A stretch of 64,000 nucleotides of DNA from Eledone cirrhosa (GCA_964016885.1 OZ024764.1:26660001-26724000); one strand, 5' to 3'. Positions 11,701-23,252 are shown, counted from the first letter of the stretch. The notes: generated from the letters alone by a model not told the origin. A program made the numbers and translations.

Positions 11701-12074
11701 CTTATACGTCATGGTGGCTACAGGTGCCAAGAGGAAGAAGCCGGACAATCCTCTGATATTTGTTTATCTTCCTTTCCTTCGTGGGCCGCGGTACCCGGGT
11801 TTGTGGCCGAAGCGACCAAGTTGAAATCGGCCACCGGTGGTTGATATCACCAGGTTAGGAAACCCTGGTTTAGTCGCTCCAGTTATTACTTCGTTAGACA
11901 TAGTCAGTAATTGAAATTAAAGCCTAAAGGTGTACTAAAGCCACAAACGTTTTTCTATCTATGAATTATTAGTGGTGTAAACAGATGAATTAAAGTCAAA
12001 GCTAACAAATATATCACCAAGAAGAATATCTAAGGATTTCCAAAGTGTAAAGTCAGCTCAAGCCTGGAGACTTA

Positions 12075-12270
12075 TCAAGCAGGTGCCTGTCCCAGTTCCT
12101 CTAGCGTAAAGGGACTGAGAGTACATGACTTCCCCCTGGACATGATGTCAGTCCATCGCAGGGTTAACCCCCCACCTATGTGAAATTAAGTTTTTGCTCA
12201 AGTAAAACAACTAACAACACGGTCCAGGAATCGAATACACATATGATCGTAAGACCACGGGCCTCCACTA
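12075..12270 (-). mobile_element. Decayed tRNA-derived SINE with CORE/V-domain-like segments
   Basis: Minus strand: B-box-like ATTCGATTCC, TTGAGCAAAAACTT, AACCCTGCGATGGACTGACATC..CCAGGGG. Confidence 0.55.
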
Positions 12271-12819
12271 TCGAAGGATCTACCCTTCATTAAAGAATAA
12301 ATTAGACTTATGCTTACATCGCCGACATAATTATGGTCGGAAAGGACATTACTGAAAATAAGGAATGAACAACTAAAGGAAGACAGAAACGGTCCCTCCT
12401 ATCTGAAATATTAAGGAAGGAATCTACACAGGAGGGCCCATCTTCCTACCAAAAGAATTATTTTAACAAGCCTACATCCTACTGAGCCAAAGAAAGGGGC
12501 CTCATAACTAGAACATGCTTCATTTGTCCTAAATACGGAGCTGACTTTACATATAATTATATATATGTATATATATATAGTATGTGTGTGTGTGTATGAA
12601 GATGTATGACCCCTAGCAAGCCAAACTACAGTTACTCCCCAACATGGATAGCAAATTAAAACATTACCTGTTAGAGACAAACGTGAAATGATTTGTTAGT
12701 GAACTACCGGTGTAACAGTAATTATGTTACCGGTGTAACTATTTCTGTTTACCTTATTTTTAAATCACACTCCTATATTAGTTTAGTGACCTTTCAATTC
12801 AAATAAATTCTTGATGATG

Positions 12820-13235
12820 ATTGAACTCGCATCGGAGTAGCCCAACGCCTTGGCCTCCGCGTGTGTGAGCCACATAAATGCTCTCAACGACATAGTGAGA
12901 AGAAGCCTGGACGCAGCTGAATTTCCATCTCAACTGGAGCCAGCAGGCCTAGGCCGCGGAGATGGCAAGCACCCCGAGGGAATCACCCTCTTCCCATTCG
13001 AAGGAGGTAGATCCACAAACCCCAGCATCGCTGCCCGTCTCGCAGATGAACATAAAATAAACAAATTCCGGTGTTTGTCCTGGAGCCTCTTCTAAGCACC
13101 AGCCGCCGTCGAGACCCCGGGCCAACTTGGACCCATTACAGCCGAGCTCCTCCGCAACATCGCAGTGTCTGTGGCCCGTCTGAGGATGGAGTCCCACGAG
13201 GTTGGATGCCTGTTGCAGCAGGTGTCACTGTCCTT
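12820..13235 (+). mobile_element. Fragment of a CRE-like non-LTR retrotransposon (restriction-like endonuclease domain)
   Basis: H.NALNDIVRRSL..A.FPSQLEPAGLGRGDGKHPEGITLFPFEGG ... K.NKF ... PAAVETPGQLG ... LLQQVSLSL resembles the CRE RLE consensus (DGKRPDG, P.A.ET.G). Confidence 0.75.
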
Positions 13236-13337
13236 ACATATATATACGTAAATGTTCCCTTGACTGCTATTTCTAGCATATATTAATAGACACTTTAGAA
13301 ACAGCAGCTAAAAATCAAGAAACAACAGTGTGTGTCT

Positions 13338-13351
13338 GTATATATATACAC

Positions 13352-13412
<61 letters not shown>

Positions 13413-13496
13413 AGCCAAAGACACGCACACACGCACATACACATACACACAGGTGTATGTCTGCGTGTATGTATATATATGTGTGTGTCTTTTCGT

Positions 13497-13539
<43 letters not shown>
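13338..13539. repeat. Compound microsatellite arranged as an inverted repeat: (TA)n-(GA)n-(CA)n // (TG)n-(TC)n-(TA)n
   Basis: Read directly. AAAGACAC(G)CACAC pairs with GTGTGTGTCTTT. Paralogs at ~23240-23440 and ~40238-40485. Confidence 0.8.
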
Positions 13540-13907
13540 CAGTGATCCCCCTCGCAACCTTTAATTAAACAAACCTGCGATGAGGCGATGATCAAAATAA
13601 ACACCAAAGTGTAAACAAACAGCCCATAGGTGCTGCCGGATACACGATAACATGTGTAGACGAAGTAAAACTTTTATTACTGTAATATAAAGTAGAAACC
13701 CTTTATTTAAACAAAGCTGCGTGGCAGCGATGATCAAAACAAACTTCAAAGTGTAAACAAACCTCTCGTAGGTGCGGCCAGATACACGCTAACATGTGTA
13801 TACGAAGTGTAACAGGGAGTTGGGTCGTATTATATGACTTTCAAATTGACCCCTATTATATTCAAATTATCCCCTGTGGGGCGTGCACCCCACGTTGAGA
13901 ATCCCTC
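13540..13907 (+). mobile_element. hAT-like MITE remnant with internal ~135-bp duplication
   Basis: Starts CAGTGATCCCC and ends GTTGAGAATCCCTC (cf. hAT-MITE CAGTG..CCCAAC / GTTG.GAA...CTG ends). Internal repeat TTAAACAAA.CTGCG..GCGATGATCAAAA..AACATGTGTA.ACGAAGT. Confidence 0.5.
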
Positions 13908-14270
13908 ATAAATAAATATATGTGAGTGTGTTGCTATGACTGCTATTTCTAGCAGGTTTACTGCAGTCCTGTAGACGCACAACAAAAACCGGAAGTGGCA
14001 GCCATTAAAAAACTTTGGCTTAAAATCAGGCAAAAGTTTTTTAACAATTTGCCAAGAAAGATAACTCTTGTCTGACTTAATCGCAAAAATCGAGGCAAAA
14101 ATTTTGCGGCTGTGCAGTTTGTTTGGTGTATTTGACTGCTATTTCTAGCATGTATGGACGTATGTACGGTATAGGTGTATTTATATTTAGGATAGTTATC
14201 AAAGGTAAATAGACTGGTTGGAGTAATAACAGTCTTGTTTATGTATATACACACATATATACATATATAT

Positions 14271-17200
14271 CATCATCATCATCATCATCATCACCGTTTT
14301 ACGTCCGTTCTTCCACGCTAGCATGGGTTAGACGGGTTGTCCTGTTGTGGGCAGTGTCTGGTCGGCTGACCATGCCTTGCTCATACAGGAACTGATCTGG
14401 CTTGATTTCTACAGCTGGATGCCCTTCCTAACACCAACCTCATTTACAGTGAGTGCTGGGTGCTTTTTCGTGGCGCCTACACGTCCACTTTACAGTGTGG
14501 GCTGGGTGCTTTTTTGCCGTGGCACCTCCACGACCACCATGCGGTGGGGGGGGGGGGGCATATTGTTTATATGCTTCAGCATGTACCCATGGGAGGTCGG
14601 GTACCCTGTATTACTGCGTGACGCCAGAAGTCACGGTCGTGTGTCATTGACTTTGAGAGGTGTAGTTGGGTAAGGTCGGCTTTTATCACCTCATCCCAAG
14701 TCATCTTGGGTCTCCCCACTCCGCGGTTTCCATCAACTTCTAGTGCTCTGCACCTTTTTATGCAGCTGTCATCCTTCATACGCATCACATGTCCATACCA
14801 GCGTAACCGCCTCTCCTGCACGCAGCATTTGATTCCTCTTATGCTCAGTCTCTCTCTCAATTCATTTATGCTTTGTCGTTCATGTATATTACTGTTACAC
14901 ATCCATCGGAGCATGCAGGCTTCGTTTCTCTCTAATCTACGTAAGTCTTCCACCTTCAGCGCCCAGGTCTCACTACCATGCAACATCGCTGTTCGGATAC
15001 ACGCATCATACAGTCTGCCTTTCATTCTGAGGGAGAAGCCTTTTGCAGCTAGCAGTGGTAGTAGTTCCCTAAACTTCTTCCATCCCGTTCTTACCCTAGT
15101 TATTGTACTTTCTGAGCACCCACCTCCGTTGCTAATTCGGTCACCTAAGTAGCAGAAGCTGTCTACTGTTTCTACAGGGCCCTCCCAGAGATTGGTGGTA
15201 CTTGTTTCCTGTGGCTGTTTGCTTGCTGTTTCAGCACAGCTGCTGCATGTGAATCCTACATTCTTAATTAAGCTTCCTGAGATCCCGCTACATCTCTTGT
15301 GTACCCATTGGTTGCATTTGGGGCAAAGAATGGAGTTCCTACCTACACCTTTCCTACATACTGAGCAAGGCCATTTCCCTGAGGGGATCTGGGTTCTGTT
15401 TTCTCGTCTACTTATAAGGACCTTAGTCTTTGTCATGTTGACTTTGAGGCCCTTTCTCTCTAGTCCCTGCTTCCAGGTTTGGAATTTATTCTCTAGTTCT
15501 ACCATAGATTCAGCTATGAGTGCGAGGTCATCAGCATACAGGAGTTCCCATGGGCATCCGGTCTTAAACTCCTCCGTTATTGCCTGCAGGACTATGATGA
15601 ACAGGAGAGGGCTAAGAACAGAGCCCTGGTGGACCCCAACCTGTACGCTAAATTCCTCGCTATACTCATTGCCAATCCTAACTTTGCTGACTGCTCCCCT
15701 ATACATGGCTTGTACCGCTTTCACAAGCCATTCATCTACTCCTAGTTTTCTAAGAGCCCACCAGATTACTGCACGTGGAACTCTGTCAAAGGCTTTCTCA
15801 AGGTCGACAAATGCCAAGTAGAGTGGCTTACTTTTAGCTAGGTACTTTTCCTGTAATTGCCTCACAAGGAAGAGCGCATCAGTGGTGCCTTTCCCTGGTA
15901 CAAACCCAAATTGCATCTCGTCTATATTCACCCGGTCCCTAATCAGCTGTGCTATAACTCTTTCTGTTACTTTCATGACCTGGTCCATCAACTTTATACC
16001 TCTATAGTTTCCTCTATCTAGTGCATCGCCTTTACCCTTGTAGCAGTTGACAATGATGCTACTGCACCAATCTTTTGGTATGGCCCCCTCTAGTATTACC
16101 TGGTTAACAATACGTGTGGTTATAGTGTGACCTACAGACCCAGATGCCTTCAGCATCTCGGCAGCTATACCCGATGGACCGGTTGCCTTCCCTATCTTCA
16201 TATCTCTGATTGCCTTACTTACTACGCTGCCGCTGACTTGTACTGCTGGTCCCTCTATAGGGTCTACGTGGGGTAGGGTCTCTTCTTCCCATGCATTCTC
16301 CTCATTTAGTAATCTATCATAATGACTCTTCCATGCATCTTTCTTCTCAGCACTTGTGAGGGCAAGCTCACCTTTATCATTCCGGATACACTTCTCTCCA
16401 ATGACATCACAACTATCTCTGACACACTGCCTCGCAATCTTGAATACCTCCTGTTTCTGGTCCTCACGTTGTAAAACATGCTTGAATTTTCTATCCTCTG
16501 CTTCCCTCCTAGCTAAGTATACTTGTCGCCTAGCTTCCCTCTTGGTCTCTATGTAATGTACCCTGCTCCCCCCGTTCTTCCATTCTTTCCATGCCTGTCT
16601 CTTGGCCTTGACTGCTTCATCTACCTTATTGTTCCACCACCAAGTCACTCTCCTCCTGCTTGAGGTCTTACTCCAGCCACAAACCTCATCCGTCGCCTCT
16701 AGTAAGTTATTTTTTAGGAACTCCCAGTTCTCTTCTACGTTAAATGTCTCTATCTGTTCTTCTTTACTGTCGTAGGCGTTGAGTAAAATATCTTTAAATC
16801 TGTTACTGGTTGAGGGGACTTTCAGCTTCCAGATCTTTCTTCTCCAGGTTGGCCTCTGTTTCAGGGCTCGTCTAGTTCTGACCGTGAGGTCGCTGACAAC
16901 TAAGCTATGTTGGGATGTACATTCCTCACTAGGGAAGGCTTTTGTGTTTACGACCGTCCATCTGTCACGTCCTCTGATGAGGATAAAATCTAACTGACTA
17001 GAGTGCTCCCCTGATCTATAGGTGATCAGGTGGTTGTCGGGTTTTTTAAAGTTTGTGTTACATATCGACATGTCATTGGCGTCGCAGAATTCTAGAAGTC
17101 TGAATCCTTCCTCATTCCTTGTGCCAACTCCATGGCCTCCATGTACTCTATTGAAGCCGTCGCAGTGTTTACCTACATGTCCGTTAAAATCTCCTGCAAT

Positions 17201-17314
17201 GATTAGGAAGTCCTTGTCGTCTGTTAGAGCAGTAGTGTGTATTAGGGACTCGTAAAACCTATCCTTAAGTTCGTCTGGCAGCCCCGATTGGGGTGCGTAA
17301 GCTGATATTATTGT

Positions 17315-17316
<2 letters not shown>
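14271..17316 (-). mobile_element. Young 5'-truncated RTE-clade LINE inserted in a (TA)n tract
   Basis: (GAT)n 3' tail at 14271-14293, ~280-bp 3' UTR and an uninterrupted ORF. The flanks rejoin to the empty site seen at ~4971-5030 and ~27251-27310. Confidence 0.96.
14576..17314 (-). CDS. RTE ORF: partial AP endonuclease, reverse transcriptase and PHD-type zinc finger (5'-truncated; the Met at 17071 is internal)
   Basis: Frame stays open upstream of 17071 (TIISAYAPQ...IAGDFNGHVG). APE motifs SQLDFIL and SQHSLV; RT motifs NYRGIKL, QFGF, FVDLEKAFD, GVHQGSVLSP, YADD; C4HC3 at 15236-15367; LRWYGHVMR and GRPK.TW C-terminus. Confidence 0.93.
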   Translation of the reverse strand, partial: TIISAYAPQSGLPDELKDRFYESLIHTTALTDDKDFLIIAGDFNGHVGKHCDGFNRVHGGHGVGTRNEEGFRLLEFCDANDMSICNTNFKKPDNHLITYRSGEHSSQLDFILIRGRDRWTVVNTKAFPSEECTSQHSLVVSDLTVRTRRALKQRPTWRRKIWKLKVPSTSNRFKDILLNAYDSKEEQIETFNVEENWEFLKNNLLEATDEVCGWSKTSSRRRVTWWWNNKVDEAVKAKRQAWKEWKNGGSRVHYIETKREARRQVYLARREAEDRKFKHVLQREDQKQEVFKIARQCVRDSCDVIGEKCIRNDKGELALTSAEKKDAWKSHYDRLLNEENAWEEETLPHVDPIEGPAVQVSGSVVSKAIRDMKIGKATGPSGIAAEMLKASGSVGHTITTRIVNQVILEGAIPKDWCSSIIVNCYKGKGDALDRGNYRGIKLMDQVMKVTERVIAQLIRDRVNIDEMQFGFVPGKGTTDALFLVRQLQEKYLAKSKPLYLAFVDLEKAFDRVPRAVIWWALRKLGVDEWLVKAVQAMYRGAVSKVRIGNEYSEEFSVQVGVHQGSVLSPLLFIIVLQAITEEFKTGCPWELLYADDLALIAESMVELENKFQTWKQGLERKGLKVNMTKTKVLISRRENRTQIPSGKWPCSVCRKGVGRNSILCPKCNQWVHKRCSGISGSLIKNVGFTCSSCAETASKQPQETSTTNLWEGPVETVDSFCYLGDRISNGGGCSESTITRVRTGWKKFRELLPLLAAKGFSLRMKGRLYDACIRTAMLHGSETWALKVEDLRRLERNEACMLRWMCNSNIHERQSINELRERLSIRGIKCCVQERRLRWYGHVMRMKDDSCIKRCRALEVDGNRGVGRPKMTWDEVIKADLTQLHLSKSMTHDRDFWRHAVIQGTRPPMGTC

Positions 17317-17358
<42 letters not shown>

Positions 17359-17484
17359 TGGTATATATATATATATATATGTTTGTTCTTGTATTTCTAT
17401 AGAAAAGGTAAAGAAAAGAAGAATGCTCTATGTATTGTACAGAGCTATTTAATTACATAATAAACAACAGAATATAATTATTCC

Positions 17485-19839
17485 ATGCAAATAGACTTAG
17501 AATGGAAAACATTCAGACAGAGAAGAATGGATAATGAGCGTCATAAGAGAAATTGGCCAACAATTAATATTAATGGAAATCTAGAAGAATTTCATATTAG
17601 TGATATGAATGTTTCGTGTGATCACTGTGAAGCTTTGAAATTTAGAAATGAAAATTCTAACTGTTGTAATAAAGGAAAGGTTGTGTTGCCTCCATTGCAA
17701 ATATACCCCGAGAGACTGAGAAATCTCTTTGAAAGAGGCCAGGAAGCAGTTGATTTCACAGAAACATCTGCAATTAAAACTACATTTATTTCACTTCATT
17801 TGGTGTTACCACCCGGCAGAGGCCCGTATAGCTTTCATATTCAGGGTCAAACATATTACTACACCCCCACCTCTGTAACCTGCAGAAAATACACCACAAT
17901 ATGGCCAGTTATATATTATTGATGGGAACGAAGGTGTGTAGCACAGATTGGAAGTACGACCAAATAATTGTTTCTGGCACAAGGCCAGCAATTACTGGTA
18001 CTTTATTCTATCGACCTCATAAGGATGAAAACAAAGTCAACCTTGGAGGGATTTGAACCCAGAACGTAAAGGGCCATAACCCTATGCTGCAAAGCATGGT
18101 GTCTGACGCTCTACCGATACTGCCAATCCACCGCCCTAGTACCAACAAATAATGACTGCTCACCACAAAAAATGGCTATGATAAGAGAGGTGTTGCATGA
18201 ATGTTATCCATATGTCGAAGTGTACAATACAATGCATGGCATCAAACAGCAAAGTGCAAGAAGAGAAAATTGTCGTGTACAGAACTGTGAATTAAGATTT
18301 AGAAGAGGATCAGATATGAGCTGCTATAATTTACCAACTAGTAATGATAGCTGTTGTTTTGTGGGGTTTGAGGGCAGACCACCTGTACAAAGAGATATTA
18401 TCATCTTTCCTAAAGACCATCCTCCTCAGAAAATATCACATAATTCATGCCACTTGGACCTCATGACTGACCCATAATGGTGAATTTTGGTGGCATAGTG
18501 ACATGGAGAGGAATGCAGGACCTGTGTTTGCAATAGACTGACAATGCAGGAGTATTACATATACAGCATAGCATATAGAGGAGGATTTAGTGTGATATAT
18601 AGGGCAGGTAAATTATTTTAGCAGTATTTAGTGGATGCCTATATGAAAGTAGAGGGATGCAGGCTTCTATATTTGAGGAACAATCAAGCCCAATTGTGAG
18701 TGGATGAGTATAATGGTTTAATGAATTATCTAAACAGATGATAACACTGAGCCTTAAAAAATGAAGACAAGATAAGAAACAGAGAAGACATTGACAGAAT
18801 CGTGTCAGCAGAAATACCTGCATTGGAAGATGATCCAGTACTACATGAGCAGGTTTAAAAGTTTATGATCCACAGGCCATGTGGTTCTGGAAACCCTTTT
18901 CCCCCATTTATACAAAATGGATTTTTCAAAAAGAACTATCCAAAAACCTACAGAAGGGAAACATTATTGAACCTAAATGGATACCCAGAGTACAGGAGGT
19001 GCAAGACAGGAACTGCAGTGTAAATTGGATGACATTCAGTAGATAACAGGAATGTTGTGCCATTTAATGCCTTTTTGATTAAGAAATATTGTGCACATAT
19101 TAATGTTGAAGTTGGCGCTTCTGTAAAAAGTGTCAAGTACCTCTTTAAATATGTTACATGGGGCATGATTGTACATCTATAGAAGTAACGAATAATGCAT
19201 TACCTAATGAGGCTCAGAACCAACACAACCATGATGAAATAAGAACCTATCTTTGTTGCAGGTATGTGTCTCAGCCAGAAGCAGTGTCGTGTCTCTCGGA
19301 ATTTAAGCTTCATGGTACATCACATACAGTATACAGCCTAGTCACACACCTGGAGAACAAACAGAGTTTACTTTCAAAGAGGCAATGCTCAGGTTGTGGT
19401 AGAAATGCAGGGACCCTTGCTGCCTGGTTCAAGCTAAATGAACTTGCTTACACCTTCTGGGATGCCGCCTCACAAACTCCAATTATAAGCAGGATCAATA
19501 ATAATGCTTCTATGGAATATTTCAATCCAGAACAGATTATGTAATGGCACAAGATTAGAAGTAGTAGAACTGCATAAACATTTTATCAAAGCTTCTCATA
19601 TCTATGGTCCTTTGATGGGCAGGTGTGTTTTGATCCCAAGACTGAAGTTATCCCCCAGTGGTGCCAACATCCCTTTTACTTTGGAAAGACCCCAGTTTCC
19701 ATTAAGACTGTCATATGCCATGACAATCAACAAGAACCATGGTCAAATACATGATAAAGTGGGTCTGTTCCTCCCTGAGCAAGTATTTAACCCTGGACAA
19801 TTGTATGTTGCTTTTTCAAGAGTTCACAGACAGATGTAA
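17485..19839 (+). pseudogene. Decayed Helitron RepHel (copy A, most complete)
   Basis: Same motifs as 5110-7394, plus TLAAWFKLN and RLCNGTRLEV..IPRLKLSPS. Carries the same SINE at ~17976-18136. Confidence 0.92.
17976..18136 (-). mobile_element. Nin/Deu-like SINE (paralog of 5588-5748; also at ~33076-33236 and ~49846-50008)
   Basis: Near-identical sequence at the same Helitron position. Confidence 0.8.
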
Positions 19840-20409
19840 AAATTAATCCTAGCAAACCCCCACCACTCCTACAACTGTTAGCTGTTAGCCCACCCCAGCA
19901 CCACCCAACCTCCGTTCTAGTCCCACCGTTAGAACCAATGCTGCTTACCCTGCCTCTTTTACTAGTTCACTCCGTCGCTCGAATTTCAAAGCTGGCCCTC
20001 TACACTTGGTCGTTGCCAGCTCACCACCTGGTTGTGCTCTCTGTGTCCGCACTAGCCGGTACCTAAACACAATAAAATGTCACCTGTGCTACCAAAACTA
20101 CCACAGGAACTCTGTCGGCATCAGCAAGGCTCAAGCCGAAAGGCTTCAATACTAGACCTGTAATCAGGGCCACTTTACCTCCGACGACCAGCTTTCTACC
20201 GAGTGTGTGTTGATGGAGGGGACATGAGACCAGCAAAGTCCTAGGAGTAGAGACTAGTAAATAATAAACGGTCCTAGCTATGTTAAGAATATATATAAGA
20301 AAAATGTTCTATACATTTAAGAAGACAAGAGAAATAAATATTTACCTCTTTCATGTAGGTAATATAGCGGTGTTATAAAAGTATAATAACTGATGCAGGT
20401 AGTTTGTTT

Positions 20410-20778
20410 CAAACTATAACACATATAACTCTATCAGTGAAGCCCTTTAGTATAGGTCAACTAGGAAACTATAACACATATAACCCTATCAGTGAAGTCC
20501 TTTAGTATAGGTCAACTGGGAAACGATAACACATATAACCCTATCAGTGAAGTCCTCTGGGAAACTATAACACATATAACTCTATCAGTGAAGCCCTTTA
20601 TTATAGGTCAACTGGGAAACTATAACACATATAACCCTATCAGTGAAGTCCTTTAGTATAGGTCAACTGGGAAACTATAACACATATAACCCTATCAGTG
20701 AAGTCCTTTAGTATAGGTCAACTGGGAAATTATAACACATATAACCCTATCAGTGAAGTCCTTTAGTATAGGTCAACT
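20410..20778 (+). repeat. 55-bp minisatellite (~7 units) followed by a hAT-MITE-like end
   Basis: Unit GGGAAACTATAACACATATAACCCTATCAGTGAAGTCCTTTAGTATAGGTCAACT (CAGTG at 20641 and 20696). Downstream GTGGCCCGCGGGCCGCCTGTTGCACGCCCC. Paralog with ~5 units at ~37468-37725. Confidence 0.92.
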
Positions 20779-20862
20779 AACAGAAGTATTAAGGTGGGCT
20801 CGATTGTGGCCCGCGGGCCGCCTGTTGCACGCCCCTCCTTTAGACAGAATATCTATCACAGT

Positions 20863-21079
20863 TAAGTAATACTGTGATCTGTCGGCCAACTACATTTTCC
20901 AGCCTGAGGCGTTTGGGGGAGTCGGGATACTGACTGCGAGATTCCTATCTTCACTGGCGGCTAGCCTGACGAAGGTGACTGGTGAAGCTCGTGAGGGCAC
21001 TTGGTTGTTCCAGCTCCTCAGCCTCGCCATCGCCCGAGGTAACGCTGCAGACGTGCTGGCTTGCCTAAAAAATCATTAG
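20863..21079 (+). mobile_element. C-terminal fragment of a second CRE-like element (paralog ~37872-38086)
   Basis: Translates as Y.DL..NYIFQPEAFGGVG..TARFLSSLAASLTKVTGEAREGTWLFQLLSLAIARGNAADVL*, matching the QRLS.A.QRGNA terminus of CRE RLE proteins. Confidence 0.72.
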
Positions 21080-21160
21080 AGAGGTTTCCCAGTGCTCCTC
21101 GCGATACTGTTATCTTTTGCTCTAGTAGCAGCTCGTTTGTCCACCCCTTTCGCCTGCCTT

Positions 21161-21345
21161 TGGTTGTATGTCGTCCTAGATGTGTGTATTACCTGCTTGT
21201 GTGTTGTATGTGGTCCTAGATGTGTGTATTACCTGCTTATGTGGTCCTAGATGTATGTATTACCTGCTGGTGTGTTGTATGTGGTCCCAGATGTGTGCAT
21301 TACCTGTTTTTGTGTTGTATGTGGTCCCAAATGTGTGTGCTACCC
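21161..21345 (+). repeat. ~40-bp minisatellite downstream of the CRE stop codon (paralog ~38169-38350)
   Basis: GTGTTGTATGTGGTCCTAGATGTGTGTATTACCTGCTTGT repeated ~5 times (GTCCTAGA at 21173 and 21213). Confidence 0.85.
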
Positions 21346-22080
21346 GCTTCTGTGATTTGTTTTGTTCCTTCTTTCTCTCTTCCGAGAAACAATCCTGTAT
21401 TTTTTTAATCTATTCCATGCGTTAAGTAATTAGCAGCAACAACAAACTGATTTTCAGTTGTAAAAAGAATCTTTAAACCTTCACCATTTACATTAACACA
21501 TACCATACGTTGTCCCAGCCACAAATAAACAGTAAAAAAAACTTACTTTGCGGTTAAATTCTTCACAATTAAAAGAAAAATATTTCTAACACGTTTCTAG
21601 ACAACACCAAGTTTACACCTTCAATATCCGGTAAAAGTAAAAACAAATTCTGGAGACATTTAACGAAACGAAACTATGTAAAGAAAAACGAAAATTAAAC
21701 GAAGACAAGTAGTAAATTTTAATTTTTATTAAATAAAATACCAGTAATTCACTGCAGTAGATTTAATCAACTTTACTCTCTCTGCACGAAAGAAGAAAAA
21801 AATTCCCGACTTAGTGCTTAATATATAGAGAGGGGGAGAGTTTGGTGTTACTTCATATAGAGAGGGGTATTGGAAGAGAGTGCCGTGTAGTAGATATAGA
21901 GAGGGAGAGAGTGTGTGCTAATTGATATAAAGAGGGGGATTTGCACCCCCCCCCCCCCGCCGCCTAGAAAAATTCTGAAATGCTTCGACCTCCCTGTACA
22001 TATATATATATATATAGTATACACACACAGACATATATATGTATATATTATATATATAGTAAATAAATGTGTGTGTGTAT

Positions 22081-23252
22081 CAGTGGTCGCCAAACTTTTC
22101 TGTTCCACACCCCTCCTCTAAAATATGTTTATGTTCCCCTTTAATATAAAAACAATCCGAGTATTCTGAAAGTATTATTACTGTAATATAAAGTAGAAAC
22201 CCTTTATTTAAACAAAGCTACGATGCAGCGATGATCAAAACAAACTTCTCGTAGGTGCTGCCAAGCGGGGAAAAGTGGATGTATAATGATGATGATATAT
22301 ATATATATGCCCCACCCTTGCAAACAGGGAAAAGCAGACGTAAAATGAAAATGATGATATATATATAGATAGATAGATATGTATTTATACTTATACGTCA
22401 TGGTGGCTACAGGTGCCAAGAGGAAGAAGCCGGTCAAATCCTCTGATATTTGTTTATCTTCCTTTCCTTTGTATATATATATATAGTATGTGTGTATGAA
22501 GATGTATGACCCCCTAGCAAGCCAAACTACAGTTACTCCCCAACATGGAGAGCAAATTAAAACATTACCTGTTAGAGAGGAACGTGAAATGAATTGTTAG
22601 TGAACTACCGGTGTAACAGTAATTATGTTACCGGTGTAACTATTTCTGTTTACCTTATTTTTAAATGACACTCCTATATTAGTTTAGTGACCTTTCAATT
22701 CAAATAAATTCTTGATGATGATTGAACTCGCATCGGAGTAGCCCAACGCCTTGGCCTCCGCGTGTGTGAGCCACATAAATGCTCTCAACGACATAGTGAG
22801 AAGAAGCCTGGACGCAGCTGAATTTCCATCTCAACTGGAGCCAGCAGGCCTAGGCCGCGGAGATGGCAAGCACCGCGAGGGAATCACCCTCTTCCCATTC
22901 GAAGGAGGTAGATCCACAAACCCCAGCATCGCTGCCCGTCTCGCAGATGAACATAAAATAAACAAATTCCGGTGTTTGTCCTGGAGCCTCTTCTAAGCAC
23001 CAGCCGCCGTCGAGACCCCGGGCCAACTTGGACCCATTACAGCCGAGCTCCTCCGCAACATCGCAGTGTCTGTGGCCCGTCTGAGGATGGAGTCCCACGA
23101 GGTTGGATGCCTGTTGCAGCAGGTGTCACTGTCCTTACATATATATACGTAAATGTTCCCTTGACTGCTATTTCTAGCATATATTAATAGACACTTTAGA
23201 AACAGCAGCTAAAAATCAAGAAACAACAGTGTGTGTCTGTATATATATACAC

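Noticed and set aside
11780-11875. GC-rich hairpins (GTGGCCGA..TCGGCCAC, CCAGG..CCTGG) as a possible ribozyme
   Set aside because: No hammerhead (CTGATGA/GAAA) or HDV topology could be established by eye; an Infernal scan would be needed.
14706-17255. Plus-strand ORFs overlapping the RTE
   Set aside because: Antisense shadows of the RTE coding frame.
19504-19839. Pif1-like helicase ORF as a host PIF1 gene
   Set aside because: It is a C-terminal fragment colinear with Helitron Rep motifs, frameshifted, with a degenerate motif (KNHGQ) and no P-loop.
20410-20778. CCCTATCAGTGA repeated ~7 times, resembling a tetO array (vector contamination)
   Set aside because: Only 12 bp match. The palindromic half (TAGAGA) is absent, units are naturally diverged, and the array is duplicated with its genomic flanks.
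21350-21835. Minus-strand TCTCTATATATTAAG as a Helitron 5' end
   Set aside because: No matching 3' hairpin-CTRR was identified, and it is on the opposite strand to the RepHel. Too weak to call.
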